DNA of 64,000 nt from Nostoc sp. DedSLP01 (lineage in GTDB: Bacteria; Cyanobacteriota; Cyanobacteriia; Cyanobacteriales; Nostocaceae): NCBI GenBank assembly GCA_034530875.2, contig JAVRCJ020000035.1, positions 1-64,000 of the forward strand, written 5' to 3'. Below, piece after piece: positions 30,239-40,761 of the stretch. Each line of letters starts with the position of its first letter. The stretch's first letter is position 1. A model generated the notes under the pieces. It was not told the DNA's origin, made no database searches, and saw only the letters and a list, made by a program, of their open reading frames with translations. The position numbers were made by a program, and so were the translations under genes.

Positions 30239-32491
30239 ATGGCTTCTGCTTTCAACTCGACGGTCAACACTCCTAAATCAAAACGTCCTCTAGAAGTGTG
30301 GGCTGGGGTAGAGTGCACGGTTAATCGTGTGGGTGAAGAGTATTTAGATCAATTAGAACGCAACGGTCATGCAACGCGCTTGGATGACCTAGATTTATTT
30401 GCCCAACTTGGTATACACGCCATGCGTTATCCAGTGCTTTGGGAAAAAATAGCGCCTAACGGTTTGGAGAATGCTGATTGGTCGTGGGCGGACGAACGGC
30501 TAGAACGCTTGCGCGAACTCGGCATTCGTCCGATTGTAGGATTAGTGCATCATGGTAGCGGCCCGCGCGATACTAGTTTGGTAGACCCAGAATTTCCTGA
30601 GAAATTAGCGGTGTTTGCTCGTGCGGTGGCACAACGCTATCCTTGGGTCACACATTACACACCTATAAACGAGCCACTGACTACAGCACGATTTAGTGGG
30701 ATGTATGGTCATTGGTATCCTCACGGCCGTGATGAATTGACTTTCGGCCGGGCTTTGTTAGGAGAGTGTAAAGCGATCGCTCTTGCCATGCAAGCAATCC
30801 GCGAAGTTACTCCCGACGCTTTGCTGGTACAAACAGAGGATTTAGCCAAGATTTACAGTACGCCAAAGCTGGCTTATCAAGCAGAATTTGAAAACGAGCG
30901 CCGCTGGTTGAGTTTTGATTTATTATGCGGTCGAATCAACGCAACTCATTTCATCAGGGATTACTTGCTAAGCAGGTGTGGCATTAGCGAGAGCGAACTT
31001 GAATTCTTTTTACAAAATCCTTGTCCGCCCGACATTATCGGCATTAACCATTATCTGACGAGCGATCGCTTTTTGGATGAAAATCTAGAAAACTATCCAA
31101 ATTGGACGCATGGTGGTAACGGTCGGGACAAGTATGCAGACGTAGAAGCAGTAAGAGTTTGTGCTGAGGGTTTGGCAGGGCCGCGGGCATTGCTGAAGGA
31201 GACATGGGAACGCTATCAACTGCCCATTGCTATCACTGAAGTTCACCTGAGTTGCACCCGTGAGGAACAACTACGCTGGCTCCATGAAGTGTGGAATGCA
31301 GCGCAAGAATTACAAGACGAGGGTGCAGACATTCGTGCTGTAACTGCTTGGTCGCTTCTCGGCAGTTATGATTGGAATAGTTTAGTGACTCGCTCCGCAG
31401 GATATTACGAGTCAGGCGTATTCGATTTGCGTTCGCGTAGCGTCTCCTCTGGAGAATCGCCCCGTCCCAGACAAACCGCGATCGCTAAGATGGTGCGAGA
31501 TTTAGCCACCGGGAACAAACCCAATCATCCACTACTTGAAACGCCAGGATGGTGGCATCGGCAAGAGCGCTTATTATACCCAGCTGTCAGTTGTCTCAAT
31601 AAAGGGAGTGGGGAGTGGGGAGTGGGGAGTAGGAAAGAAATTACTCCTATTCCCTCTCGTCCTTTGGCAATTGTTGGAGCCACGGGAACTTTAGGCAAAG
31701 CTTTTGCTCGGTTGTGCGAACTGCGAGGAATTTCATATCGCTTGCTGTCACGCAAAGATATGGACATTGCCGATCCTATTTCTGTCAATAAAGTACTGAC
31801 CGAGTTGCAACCGTGGGCGGTTGTTAACGCTGCGGGATACGTGCGGGTGGACGATGCCGAACGCGAACCCGATATTTGTTTGAAGGTGAACGCTGAAGGA
31901 CCGGCGATTTTAGCTGCTGCTTGCGCTCAACATTACGTAGGGCTGCTAACTTTTTCTTCAGATTTAGTATTCGATGGTGCTGAATCGAATCCTTATGTCG
32001 AAACTGCTACCGTTGCACCCCTGAATGTATATGGTTGCAGTAAAGTTTTGGCAGAAAAGCTAGTATTGCAAACTTATCCTGCATCGTTAGTAATCCGCAC
32101 CAGCGCATTTTTTGGCCCGTGGGATGAATACAACTTCGTCACCATTGCCTTGCGGCAATTGGCTGCTGGAAATCCTTTTGTCGCAGCTGAAGATGCGATC
32201 GTTTCGCCTACTTACGTACCCGATCTTGTTCATGCCAGTCTCGATTTATTGATTGATGGCGAGAACGGTTTGTGGCATCTGGCGAACAAAAGCGCTATTG
32301 CTTGGGCTGACTTAGCGCGATTGGCAGCGAAAAAAGCAGGTGTGAGCGTTAAGAGTTTGGTTTCTGTGCCTAGCCAAGAACTTGGTTGGATTGCAGCCCG
32401 CCCAGCTTACAGCGTTCTCGGTAGCGATAGAGGTGAATTAATGCCACACCTTGAGAGTGCAATTTCTCGTTATTTGGAAGAAAGAAATTAG
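30239..32491 (+). CDS. GH1-like glycoside hydrolase fused to an RmlD-like (dTDP-4-dehydrorhamnose reductase) SDR
   Basis: INEP (acid/base) and ITE (nucleophile) motifs; C-terminal GATGTLG, SSDLVFDG and YGCSK. Confidence 0.85.
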   Translation: MASAFNSTVNTPKSKRPLEVWAGVECTVNRVGEEYLDQLERNGHATRLDDLDLFAQLGIHAMRYPVLWEKIAPNGLENADWSWADERLERLRELGIRPIVGLVHHGSGPRDTSLVDPEFPEKLAVFARAVAQRYPWVTHYTPINEPLTTARFSGMYGHWYPHGRDELTFGRALLGECKAIALAMQAIREVTPDALLVQTEDLAKIYSTPKLAYQAEFENERRWLSFDLLCGRINATHFIRDYLLSRCGISESELEFFLQNPCPPDIIGINHYLTSDRFLDENLENYPNWTHGGNGRDKYADVEAVRVCAEGLAGPRALLKETWERYQLPIAITEVHLSCTREEQLRWLHEVWNAAQELQDEGADIRAVTAWSLLGSYDWNSLVTRSAGYYESGVFDLRSRSVSSGESPRPRQTAIAKMVRDLATGNKPNHPLLETPGWWHRQERLLYPAVSCLNKGSGEWGVGSRKEITPIPSRPLAIVGATGTLGKAFARLCELRGISYRLLSRKDMDIADPISVNKVLTELQPWAVVNAAGYVRVDDAEREPDICLKVNAEGPAILAAACAQHYVGLLTFSSDLVFDGAESNPYVETATVAPLNVYGCSKVLAEKLVLQTYPASLVIRTSAFFGPWDEYNFVTIALRQLAAGNPFVAAEDAIVSPTYVPDLVHASLDLLIDGENGLWHLANKSAIAWADLARLAAKKAGVSVKSLVSVPSQELGWIAARPAYSVLGSDRGELMPHLESAISRYLEERN

Positions 32492-32529
32492 CAGTGAAGG
32501 TGGGGAGTAGGGAATAGGGAGATAGGGGG

Positions 32530-32605
32530 ATGGGGAAGTGTGGGGAGTGTGGGGGGAAAGATTTCTTCCCCATCCTCCCACACCTCCCACACCTCCTGCT
32601 TGCCC
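32530..32605 (+). repeat. Dispersed G-rich/C-rich hairpin repeat, copy 2
   Basis: Core at 32551-32570. Confidence 0.85.
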
Positions 32606-32651
32606 TATGCCCCATGCCCCATCCCCAATTCCTCATTCACAATCCCCAATT

Positions 32652-33638
32652 ATGTCAACCATTTTAGTAACGGGAGGAGCTGGATACATTGGCTCCCATG
32701 CTGTATTAGCTCTGAAAAACGCAGGTTATGAAGTAGTTGTTTTAGATAATTTGTCGAACGGACATCGAGAACTTGTAGAAGAAGTTTTGCAGGTGAAATT
32801 GATTATTGGAGATATGAGCGATCGCTCTCTTCTCGATGACATATTTTCAACTTACAATTTCACTGCTGTAATGCATTTTGCTGCTTATATTGCAGTGGGT
32901 GAATCTGTTACCGACCCAGCTAAATATTACCAAAATAACGTTGCAGGTACTCTGACACTTTTACAAGCTATGCTTGCTGCGTCAGTTAACAAATTTATCT
33001 TTTCTTCTACTTGCGCTCTTTATGGCGTACCAAAGTTTGTTCCTCTTACCGAAGAACATCCACAAGACCCCATTAGCCCCTATGCTACTAGCAAGTGGAT
33101 GGTAGAAAGAATTTTATCTGATTTTGATACAGCCTATAATTTAAAATCTGTACGTTTTCGTTACTTTAATGCCGCTGGTGCTGACCCCAATGGATTGCTT
33201 GGTGAAGACCACGAACCAGAAACTCACCTCATACCATTGGTACTACTAGCTGCTATGGGTAAACGCGATTCAATTTTAATTTTTGGTACTGATTATCCTA
33301 CCCCGGATGGCACTTGCATCCGAGATTATATTCATGTGACGGACTTGGCACAAGCCCATGTTTTAGGTTTAGAATATCTGCTAAAAGGGGGAGAAAGCGA
33401 AGTATTTAATTTAGGAAATGGCAATGGTTTTTCAGTCAGAGAAGTAATAGAAACTGCGAAAAAAGTAACGGACAAAGATATTAAAATAGAAGAACGCGAT
33501 CGCCGTCCAGGTGACCCCCCTATTTTAGTTGGCAGCAGCGACAAAGCAACTAAAGTTTTGGGTTGGCATCCACAATATGCTGACGTCAAGGAAATTATCG
33601 CCCATGCTTGGCAGTGGCATCAACGAAGACATCAGTAG
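32652..33638 (+). CDS. galE: UDP-glucose 4-epimerase (start moved to ATG 32652)
   Basis: ILVTGGAGYIGSH, YATSK, RYFNAAGA, DGTCIRDYIHV. The ORF-track N-terminus is repeat-derived. Confidence 0.92.
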   Translation: MSTILVTGGAGYIGSHAVLALKNAGYEVVVLDNLSNGHRELVEEVLQVKLIIGDMSDRSLLDDIFSTYNFTAVMHFAAYIAVGESVTDPAKYYQNNVAGTLTLLQAMLAASVNKFIFSSTCALYGVPKFVPLTEEHPQDPISPYATSKWMVERILSDFDTAYNLKSVRFRYFNAAGADPNGLLGEDHEPETHLIPLVLLAAMGKRDSILIFGTDYPTPDGTCIRDYIHVTDLAQAHVLGLEYLLKGGESEVFNLGNGNGFSVREVIETAKKVTDKDIKIEERDRRPGDPPILVGSSDKATKVLGWHPQYADVKEIIAHAWQWHQRRHQ

Positions 33639-33661
33639 TAAGATTCGAAATAACTTGATTT

Positions 33662-33694
33662 AGAACTCCGACTTTTTGAAGAAGTCGGAGTTCT
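33662..33694 (+). terminator. Hairpin after galE
   Basis: AGAACTCCGACTT...AAGTCGGAGTTCT. Confidence 0.55.
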
Positions 33695-33866
33695 GGGTTT
33701 TAGCTCGCTTTGAAAAAAATGTATATACAAAAACTTGAAAAATCAAAACAAGCATTATATAAAAACTAACGTACTTATTTCTCTTGGTAGATTAAATCAA
33801 AACTGAAGAGATGAAAATATAAATTACAGGGTTAAAATTAGGCTTTTAATTATTAGTTTATGCAAA

Positions 33867-34055
33867 ATGTTTATGGCAATATTCAAAGTTGACCGAGTAG
33901 ATAGCGAAACTTTAGCTCAAGTTCAACAACGCTATCCCCAAGCTGTATTTATATCGGCAACCGAGCGCTTGGGTTTAGAGACTTTAAAGTTGCGATCGCT
34001 CCAACTAATTGATGAAAAATTTGAGTCGGTTGCAGTCCCACAAAATTCATACTAA
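33867..34055 (+). pseudogene. C-terminal fragment of an HflX-like GTPase
   Basis: KVDRVD (degenerate NKxD) and AVFISATERLGLETL (G5); no G1-G3 motifs. Confidence 0.6.
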
Positions 34056-34069
34056 TTACAAGAAGTTTT

Positions 34070-34942
34070 ATGAAACCAGTCATTGTCGTTCATGGCGGAG
34101 CAAAAACCATCACAGACAAGAAAGTTGCAGCAAACAATGCAGGTTGCACGGCAGCAGTAACAGCTGGCTGGGCAGTGTTGCTTGGTGGAGGTAGTGCGGC
34201 AGAAGCTGTTGAAGCAGCTACCCGCGTTCTGGAAGCTGACCCGACATTTAATGCTGGTCTGGGTGCAACTCTCAACAGCGATGGAGAAGTGGAGTTAGAC
34301 GCAGCAATCATGGAAGGCTCGTTAAGTTGGGGAGCAATTGCAGCAGCTCAAGGCATACGTCATCCAATCTCGGTTGCACGAAAAATTATGGATGACAAAC
34401 CCAGGCTACTAGTAGCGCGGGGTGCAGAACGATTCGCCGTAGATTGCAAAGCTGAGATGTGTAGAAAAGAAGACTTAGTAGCCGAGGAGCAATGGCAGCA
34501 GTGGAAAGAGGATCGGGGCGTTCTCGATCGCCCCAACACTATAGGTTGTGTGGCTTTAGATGCTAGCGGTATCCTAGCTGCTGGCACGTCAACTGGCGGG
34601 ACTACGAACCAGCAAGCAGGTCGTGTAGGTGATAGTGCGGTAGTTGGCTGTGGCTTATACGCTGATAATAAGGTCGGTGCTTGCTCGACAACTGGTGATG
34701 GCGAGTCAATCATTCCGGTGGTTTTGGCTAAAACTGCGATCGATTTCTTGAGTGAAGACCGACATCCAAATGAAGCAGCACAGATGGCAATTGACGCTTT
34801 AGTTTCTAAGGTTAAAGGCGAAGCTGGGTGCATCCTTATAGACCGTCAAGGACGGGTAGGCTGGGCGTATAATTCATCACACATGGCAGTTGCTTATATG
34901 ACCGCAGGACAAGACAAAGTAGCTGCTTTTACTCAAAAATAA
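34070..34942 (+). CDS. Isoaspartyl peptidase/L-asparaginase (Ntn hydrolase)
   Basis: VVHGGA, ELDAAIM, N-TIGCVA autocleavage site, STGG, GRVGDS, TGDGE. Confidence 0.92.
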   Translation: MKPVIVVHGGAKTITDKKVAANNAGCTAAVTAGWAVLLGGGSAAEAVEAATRVLEADPTFNAGLGATLNSDGEVELDAAIMEGSLSWGAIAAAQGIRHPISVARKIMDDKPRLLVARGAERFAVDCKAEMCRKEDLVAEEQWQQWKEDRGVLDRPNTIGCVALDASGILAAGTSTGGTTNQQAGRVGDSAVVGCGLYADNKVGACSTTGDGESIIPVVLAKTAIDFLSEDRHPNEAAQMAIDALVSKVKGEAGCILIDRQGRVGWAYNSSHMAVAYMTAGQDKVAAFTQK

Positions 34943-35129
34943 CCCTGCCAATTTGTAATACTCGCCTCCAGGAAGAAGCAAGCTGCACAATTCGGCAAGT
35001 AATATTTCATTTGGGTTTTCAAGTTTAAATGTGTACTTGATTTTCAAATTAGTGTTAATCATAAAATGGGAGACTTGTTTGCTACTAACAACCGCATTCA
35101 TATAAAAATGCGGTTTTTTGGAGGATTAA

Positions 35130-36401
35130 ATGGATTCAAAATATAACTTTCAATACTTTCAAGGAAATTCTCTTTCTTATCTGTTTGCTGAAGATATCAC
35201 AGATGCATCTTATGGGTTTATCCTAAATTACCCTGCTACTGCAAGTTGGGCTGCTTATCCAAATCAGAAAAAATATTTTATTCAAGATGGAAGTAGTGAA
35301 GCGAGTAAAACTTCCCTCGATAAAATTTGTCAGAAAGAACCTTGGAAGAATCTGGCTGTATTAGGCGATCGCATTCCAGGAATTACGATTATTCCGCCAT
35401 CAAAATCGTTAATTGCCTACTGGCAAGAGCATTTGGGTTTCAAGCATTCTAATATTGAAATGAGAGATTGCTCGACTTATTTGGATGACCTCAGCCATAG
35501 TGATGACTTTGACAAATTGATTACTCTATTTCCTTTTGATAACCTGAAAAAAGAAAAACACGCTATTGAACCAGACACCCATTATCGCTTACTTAGCAAA
35601 GCAACTTTAGCCGAATTAGGGGTACAGTGTCCAAAATACAAAACTTACGATCTGCACGCTTGTAGTTTAGAAGATATTGAATTACCAGAATTTCCTTACT
35701 TAATAAAAACATCGCACGGACTCTCAGGAGAAGGCACTTATATTATCAAAAGCCGCAGCGATTTAAATTACTGTTTTGAAGAAATTAGGAAATATCTCAA
35801 GATTAAGATGCTGGATACGATTATTGTCTCCGAGTTCGTTAAGAATGAGGTGCAGAATTACTGCGTGCAGTTTTATGTCAATAAGGCGGGAGACATAACT
35901 CTTATCGGTACTACCAGACAATTAGTTACTCCAGAAGGCAACTATTTAGGAGGATTGATTGACTACCGCAACACTGACATGAGCAAGTTCTTTGAAATGA
36001 TTGCCGCCATTGGTAAATATGCTCGCAAACAGGGTTATTTTGGGGTAATTGGGTTCGATGTACTGGAGGATCGAGACGGAGAATTTTATGCGATCGATGC
36101 GAATTTCCGAGTCAATGGTTCGACTCCTTTATGTTTGCAGCGTCATACTTTACTGGGACTGGGAAAAGAAGTAGCTAAATATTCCAGTGACTACCGTATG
36201 GAAGGAACGTTAGATTCAATTTTAGTGACTTTGAAATCAGAACTAGAGCGAAAAGACTTAATTATTTTGTCGGCTTTAGAGAAAGTTAAATACGGAAAAA
36301 TATACACAGAAATTTATGCGATCGCTACTGGAGAATCTCTCCAAGAAATGCAGCATATTGAGCAGAAATTACACGAGAAAGGATTACAATATGTCGCTTA
36401 A
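35130..36401 (+). CDS. ATP-grasp domain protein (putative carboxylate-amine ligase)
   Basis: PYLIKTSHGLSGEGT, IVSEFV, GVIGFDV and IDANFRVNGS motifs; GGAGG RBS. Confidence 0.8.
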   Translation: MDSKYNFQYFQGNSLSYLFAEDITDASYGFILNYPATASWAAYPNQKKYFIQDGSSEASKTSLDKICQKEPWKNLAVLGDRIPGITIIPPSKSLIAYWQEHLGFKHSNIEMRDCSTYLDDLSHSDDFDKLITLFPFDNLKKEKHAIEPDTHYRLLSKATLAELGVQCPKYKTYDLHACSLEDIELPEFPYLIKTSHGLSGEGTYIIKSRSDLNYCFEEIRKYLKIKMLDTIIVSEFVKNEVQNYCVQFYVNKAGDITLIGTTRQLVTPEGNYLGGLIDYRNTDMSKFFEMIAAIGKYARKQGYFGVIGFDVLEDRDGEFYAIDANFRVNGSTPLCLQRHTLLGLGKEVAKYSSDYRMEGTLDSILVTLKSELERKDLIILSALEKVKYGKIYTEIYAIATGESLQEMQHIEQKLHEKGLQYVA

Positions 36402-36473
36402 ACCCACCCACCATTGTTGATATCTGGCGTTAAAAAGTTTGATTTATCGCAGAAGCTAGAGTTATTTGTCTAA

Positions 36474-36704
36474 TTTTTTATTAAGCCAGAAGAACTGATA
36501 GAAGTAATGAAAAATATTGGCTTTGCAGATTTTGAAATTAAAGGATTTGATTTAACGGGTGGTACTAGCTTTAAAACATTGAAGAATATCTTGCTCAAAG
36601 GTTTAAATAATCAATCTGAGGGTAAAAAAACAGAACTATTTGAAATCAAAATTAATAATCATACTTCTGTTTGTTACATTGGTCAAGCAGTTAAGAGAAA
36701 CTGA
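36474..36704 (+). pseudogene. C-terminal remnant of a UbiG-like SAM methyltransferase
   Basis: FIKPEEL...GF..IKGF...TSVCYIG matches the UbiG-type C-terminus; stop immediately upstream; no SAM-binding motif. Confidence 0.6.
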
Positions 36705-36933
36705 GAATGTATAAATTTTATTTTTTATTTATTATTGCCTCGATTTGAAATAGATGAAAAGATTTAATCTAAGCATTACTCCCTGACATATAAGCATATA
36801 GCTATACTAACCTTTAGCTTTGATTATAAATATATACTTCTTTGTATAGATGTAAATTTTTAAAAAGTTATAAATAATAAAAAATATATTATGCTTTTAG
36901 TTTATTTAAATGTTTTTAATCAGGAGAAGAAAC

Positions 36934-37146
36934 ATGAAATTTCAAATAGAATGTAATGCAGACAAAATTAGCCAAATGTGTTTAATTTGCCAGCAAAAGT
37001 TTCAGGTCAATGCAGCTAGGATAATTGTATGCGATGACCAAGGTGAAGGCTATGGAGACTTATGTTCTCAATGTATCGCTAAAGGTGGTAATTGGGTTCA
37101 ACATCAACTCCAAAAATTCAGCCAGAAAGTATTAGCTTTAAAATAA
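36934..37146 (+). CDS. Small CxxC...CxxC zinc-binding hypothetical protein
   Basis: CLIC and CSQC; AGGAG RBS before ATG 36934. Confidence 0.65.
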   Translation: MKFQIECNADKISQMCLICQQKFQVNAARIIVCDDQGEGYGDLCSQCIAKGGNWVQHQLQKFSQKVLALK

Positions 37147-37262
37147 TTTAAATTAGATTAAATAAATATGTTCGCGATAGGGGCTTTACAACTGTAAAGC
37201 CCCTACAAATTATCTATATTCTATACAATTATACGGGAGAATAATATAACAGAGATAACTGA

Positions 37263-37991
37263 ATGAGTAAACTGCAAATCGGTACTAGTGGTTGGGTTTA
37301 TAAGCATTGGATGGACATTTTTTATCCACAAAATTTGCCTAGCGATCGCCAACTCTCATTTTACGCTCAACACTTCGCTACTGTAGAAATTAACTTCTCC
37401 TTTTATCGTTTGCCAGAACGGTCTGTCTTTGAAACTTGGCATAAAGAAACACCACCTAACTTTCTTTTTGCTGTTAAAGGTAGCCGCTATCTCACGCACA
37501 TGAAAAAGTTAAAAGACCCGATAGAACCGCTATCTCGGATAATGGAACGCGCATCTGGTTTACAAGAAAAGCTCGGCCCTATTTTATTTCAATTTCCTCA
37601 TACTTGGCATATTAATATTGAGCGTCTTCAGGCATTTTTAGAATTACTACAAACCTATCCACAACAACGATTTACAGTTGAGTTTCGTCATTCAAGCTGG
37701 CTGATTCCTGAAGTTTATAAACTATTAGAAAGTGCAGGTGTAGCCCTTTGTTTACCTGTTAGCCCAACAGTTCCCCTTGATGTCTGTTTAACCGCCCCTT
37801 GGACTTATATCCGTATGCATAGCGGACAATGGAACGTAGGTTATTCTGATGAAGAGTTATCTACATGGGTTGGACGCATTCGTTCATTTTTGATGCAAGA
37901 GATTGACGTTTACGTATATTTCAATAACGACCCCGACGGACACGCTATTCGTGATGCTCAACGACTCTATAGTTTGCTGGAATATTGTTGA
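37263..37991 (+). CDS. DUF72 family protein
   Basis: IGTSGW, VEINFSFY, LFQFP, VEFRH, YIRMH, YFNND. Confidence 0.9.
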   Translation: MSKLQIGTSGWVYKHWMDIFYPQNLPSDRQLSFYAQHFATVEINFSFYRLPERSVFETWHKETPPNFLFAVKGSRYLTHMKKLKDPIEPLSRIMERASGLQEKLGPILFQFPHTWHINIERLQAFLELLQTYPQQRFTVEFRHSSWLIPEVYKLLESAGVALCLPVSPTVPLDVCLTAPWTYIRMHSGQWNVGYSDEELSTWVGRIRSFLMQEIDVYVYFNNDPDGHAIRDAQRLYSLLEYC

Positions 37992-38091
37992 AATATATCA
38001 TTGAAAATTTACAAGCAATTTCAAATTAATGAACTACACAACCTAGAGCAATTTGCAGTTGAATGGACTACGCTAAGGGCTTTACAGCTGT

Positions 38092-38284
38092 CATTGGTGT
38101 CAACTTAACGTAAAACCCTGATGAAAACGTGATGAGCGAGTTCTACTCACTTACCATCAAGATCCGCGTTACCCCACCCCGGCTTTGCTGACGCAAAACC
38201 TCCCCTCCCCTTGGCAAGGGGAGGGGTTGGGGGTGGGGTAAAACGATTGTGGAACAATAGTTTGAGCTTAATTTGACACCAATG
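38092..38284. mobile_element. MITE with 17-bp terminal inverted repeats
   Basis: CATTGGTGTCAACTTAA ... TTAATTTGACACCAATG (one mismatch), with internal CCCC/GGGG hairpins. Confidence 0.75.
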
Positions 38285-38395
38285 CACACCTGTGCGCCCC
38301 TACAATTAATTTTCAAATGGTGTATTCCATTAAATTGAAAACTGTTATAAGTTCCTAAGCCATTTATTAAATCTGTTTTACTCCTGAATTTTGAC

Positions 38396-39859
38396 TTATT
38401 CTGCTTCAATTAAATCAGTTGGTTGCTTCATTGGGAATAAGAATCGCATTAGCTGACCCAGTGGCATAGAGCGTTGTTCTCGAACAAAAACTAAGGGTAA
38501 AAGTGCAGCCATCCGTAGTAAGCCAGAGAGAACAAACAGCCCCAGCAAACCTATATTACTAGAGAGAGTTACTAGAAAACCGGCGACAGTAATACCCATT
38601 GCTCCTGTGATACCAGCAATTGCACCTGCGATCGCAAAATAACTTGATTGATAACGTAGCGGTGCTATTCCCATCATCATATTGTTGGTACACAAATCAA
38701 TCGCCGCCCACGTACCGCCAGCTAGTATGTGCAGCAAGGGTAACCAAATCCAAAAAGAAATTTCATCGCTTCTAACCCCCAGCCACAAAAGAGGTGTTAT
38801 CGCCACTAAGACTCCCACTAATAACAGTAGCGGACGATTTCCAATGCGATCGGCCAGTTTACCCCACAAAAGCAGCATCATCATATTAGCAGCAGTCCCT
38901 AAGCCGTGATAAATCGTTACCACGCTAATATCTATATCTAGGTTATCCAGCAAATACAGGTTAAAGAAGGGAGCGCTAACGTTAACAGCAAAGCACCAGA
39001 TACTCAGGTAAAGCACAAACCTTAAAAAATTAGCATCTTTCAAGAAGCTAAAATCTATCCCGTGCGACTCTGGCTGCGATGTGTCTGAGTGAGCAACTTT
39101 TAGAATCTGCGGGTTTATATCAGTCATCCATAACTGACAGCCCACACTAATTAACCCTAGCGTGATTCCTAGAACCAACATTACCCCGTAACCTTGAAGC
39201 GTTCCACCAGGCCAAGACGATACGGCAAAACCTAGCAACGGCACGCCAACAAGGTTAGTCAAGCCGAGAATACTATTACGAAAGCCAAAATATCGCCCCC
39301 GTATCCGTTGAGGTACTAACACAGCTGACCACCCAAGCCAAGGCGCGCGGCCAAAAGCTTCGATGATATTGGCTACTAAGAGAATTATCAAAGCCAACTC
39401 TACTACTTGATATCCAGTGATATGAGATGAAGTCACCAACACAATCGCGGGTATGAGAATCACCCACAACAGCCGCGACGAGACAAAAATACATGCGAAA
39501 TACCACCGAAAGCTAGTACTTCGGTTTATCAAATAAGCTCCCAATGGTTGCAGGAGATTCACCATCTGAGGGATAGCTGCAAGCAAACCAATTTCAGCCG
39601 GCCCGGCGCCTAACTCTAGTAAGAAATTACTCAGCAATGCACCGCCGATAATACTATAGAAAACGGCAGCAAAGACACTCTCATAAGTTAACGCTCTGAG
39701 ACTTTGGCGAATTTCCAGCTTAGGAATTTTTACGAACAGTTTTGGAGTTGGGAAAAGTACCGTCTCTGTTAATGCCCTATCCTCGGAGATTTCTTGAATC
39801 GGGACAGGAGGAAGAGAACCAGCTTCTAATAAAACTTCATCTTCTTGAGGCTCAACCAT
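38396..39859 (-). CDS. MFS transporter
   Basis: About 12 TM segments; WGKLADRIGNRP motif A; RGRYFG. Confidence 0.88.
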   Translation of the reverse strand: MVEPQEDEVLLEAGSLPPVPIQEISEDRALTETVLFPTPKLFVKIPKLEIRQSLRALTYESVFAAVFYSIIGGALLSNFLLELGAGPAEIGLLAAIPQMVNLLQPLGAYLINRSTSFRWYFACIFVSSRLLWVILIPAIVLVTSSHITGYQVVELALIILLVANIIEAFGRAPWLGWSAVLVPQRIRGRYFGFRNSILGLTNLVGVPLLGFAVSSWPGGTLQGYGVMLVLGITLGLISVGCQLWMTDINPQILKVAHSDTSQPESHGIDFSFLKDANFLRFVLYLSIWCFAVNVSAPFFNLYLLDNLDIDISVVTIYHGLGTAANMMMLLLWGKLADRIGNRPLLLLVGVLVAITPLLWLGVRSDEISFWIWLPLLHILAGGTWAAIDLCTNNMMMGIAPLRYQSSYFAIAGAIAGITGAMGITVAGFLVTLSSNIGLLGLFVLSGLLRMAALLPLVFVREQRSMPLGQLMRFLFPMKQPTDLIEAE

Positions 39860-40761
39860 ATTATCTAATCAATATTTGAAGAGTTAATTTGTTATAGCTT
39901 CTATAGAAATCTGCTTTGCTTTCTAATTTGTCTGCTCAGGCAAGCTATAAGCAGCAAGCAACTAAAAAGCAGACTTTTTGAGTTATATTTGGCTTTGCAA
40001 GAATCAAATACGAGTCTTATATTTGCCAATATTAGTAAAACTTATATGACGTCTCATTAATAAGCTTTAATGCTTGCAATTGCTTATTTGTCTACAAGGC
40101 TAATCTATAGTAAGTATTGGTTATGGACTGTTTTAGCAAAAAACTGGGATATAGCTAGACTTGGGCTTTTAACCAAATAAACTAATCAATTGACATAAAC
40201 TGAATTTTATACAGACTTTCTTAGAAGCTTTCCTATAATAAATATTTTTAGCAAGTAATAATATTTTCTTAAAAAATAATATTATCCATTTTTCAAAATC
40301 ATTCTTGAGAAATAATACCTTTATATAGGAATCTTGCAATTTAGCTGATACTACTACACATAGGCATAAATAATCCTGCATTTAAGTTAAGTGGATGTGA
40401 AAAAACTAAACTATGTTAAGAAAAATTAAGTAAGGTAAAACCTTGTTTCTTATAGCATAGCTGCCTCCTGCCTCCTGCCTTATCCTGACGATAAATATTT
40501 ACGACGGCTTACTTATATAACCAATAGTTAAGCTTGGCATTCAAGTTGTTTGAGTAGTCTTATTTAGATGATGTGGAGAGAGAATTATTAAAGGACGTTG
40601 TTTGTCTATTGAAGCTGTTAATTCCGGTGAGGCTCAATAACTAATCTCATACCAATTGCATAAGCCTACAAAGAATTATTAAACTCAAAAATTCATCGTT
40701 AGGTATCATTTTTTATCCTGCTAAATGTGCAACGATCGCAGCAGCAGTAAAAAACTCTTGT

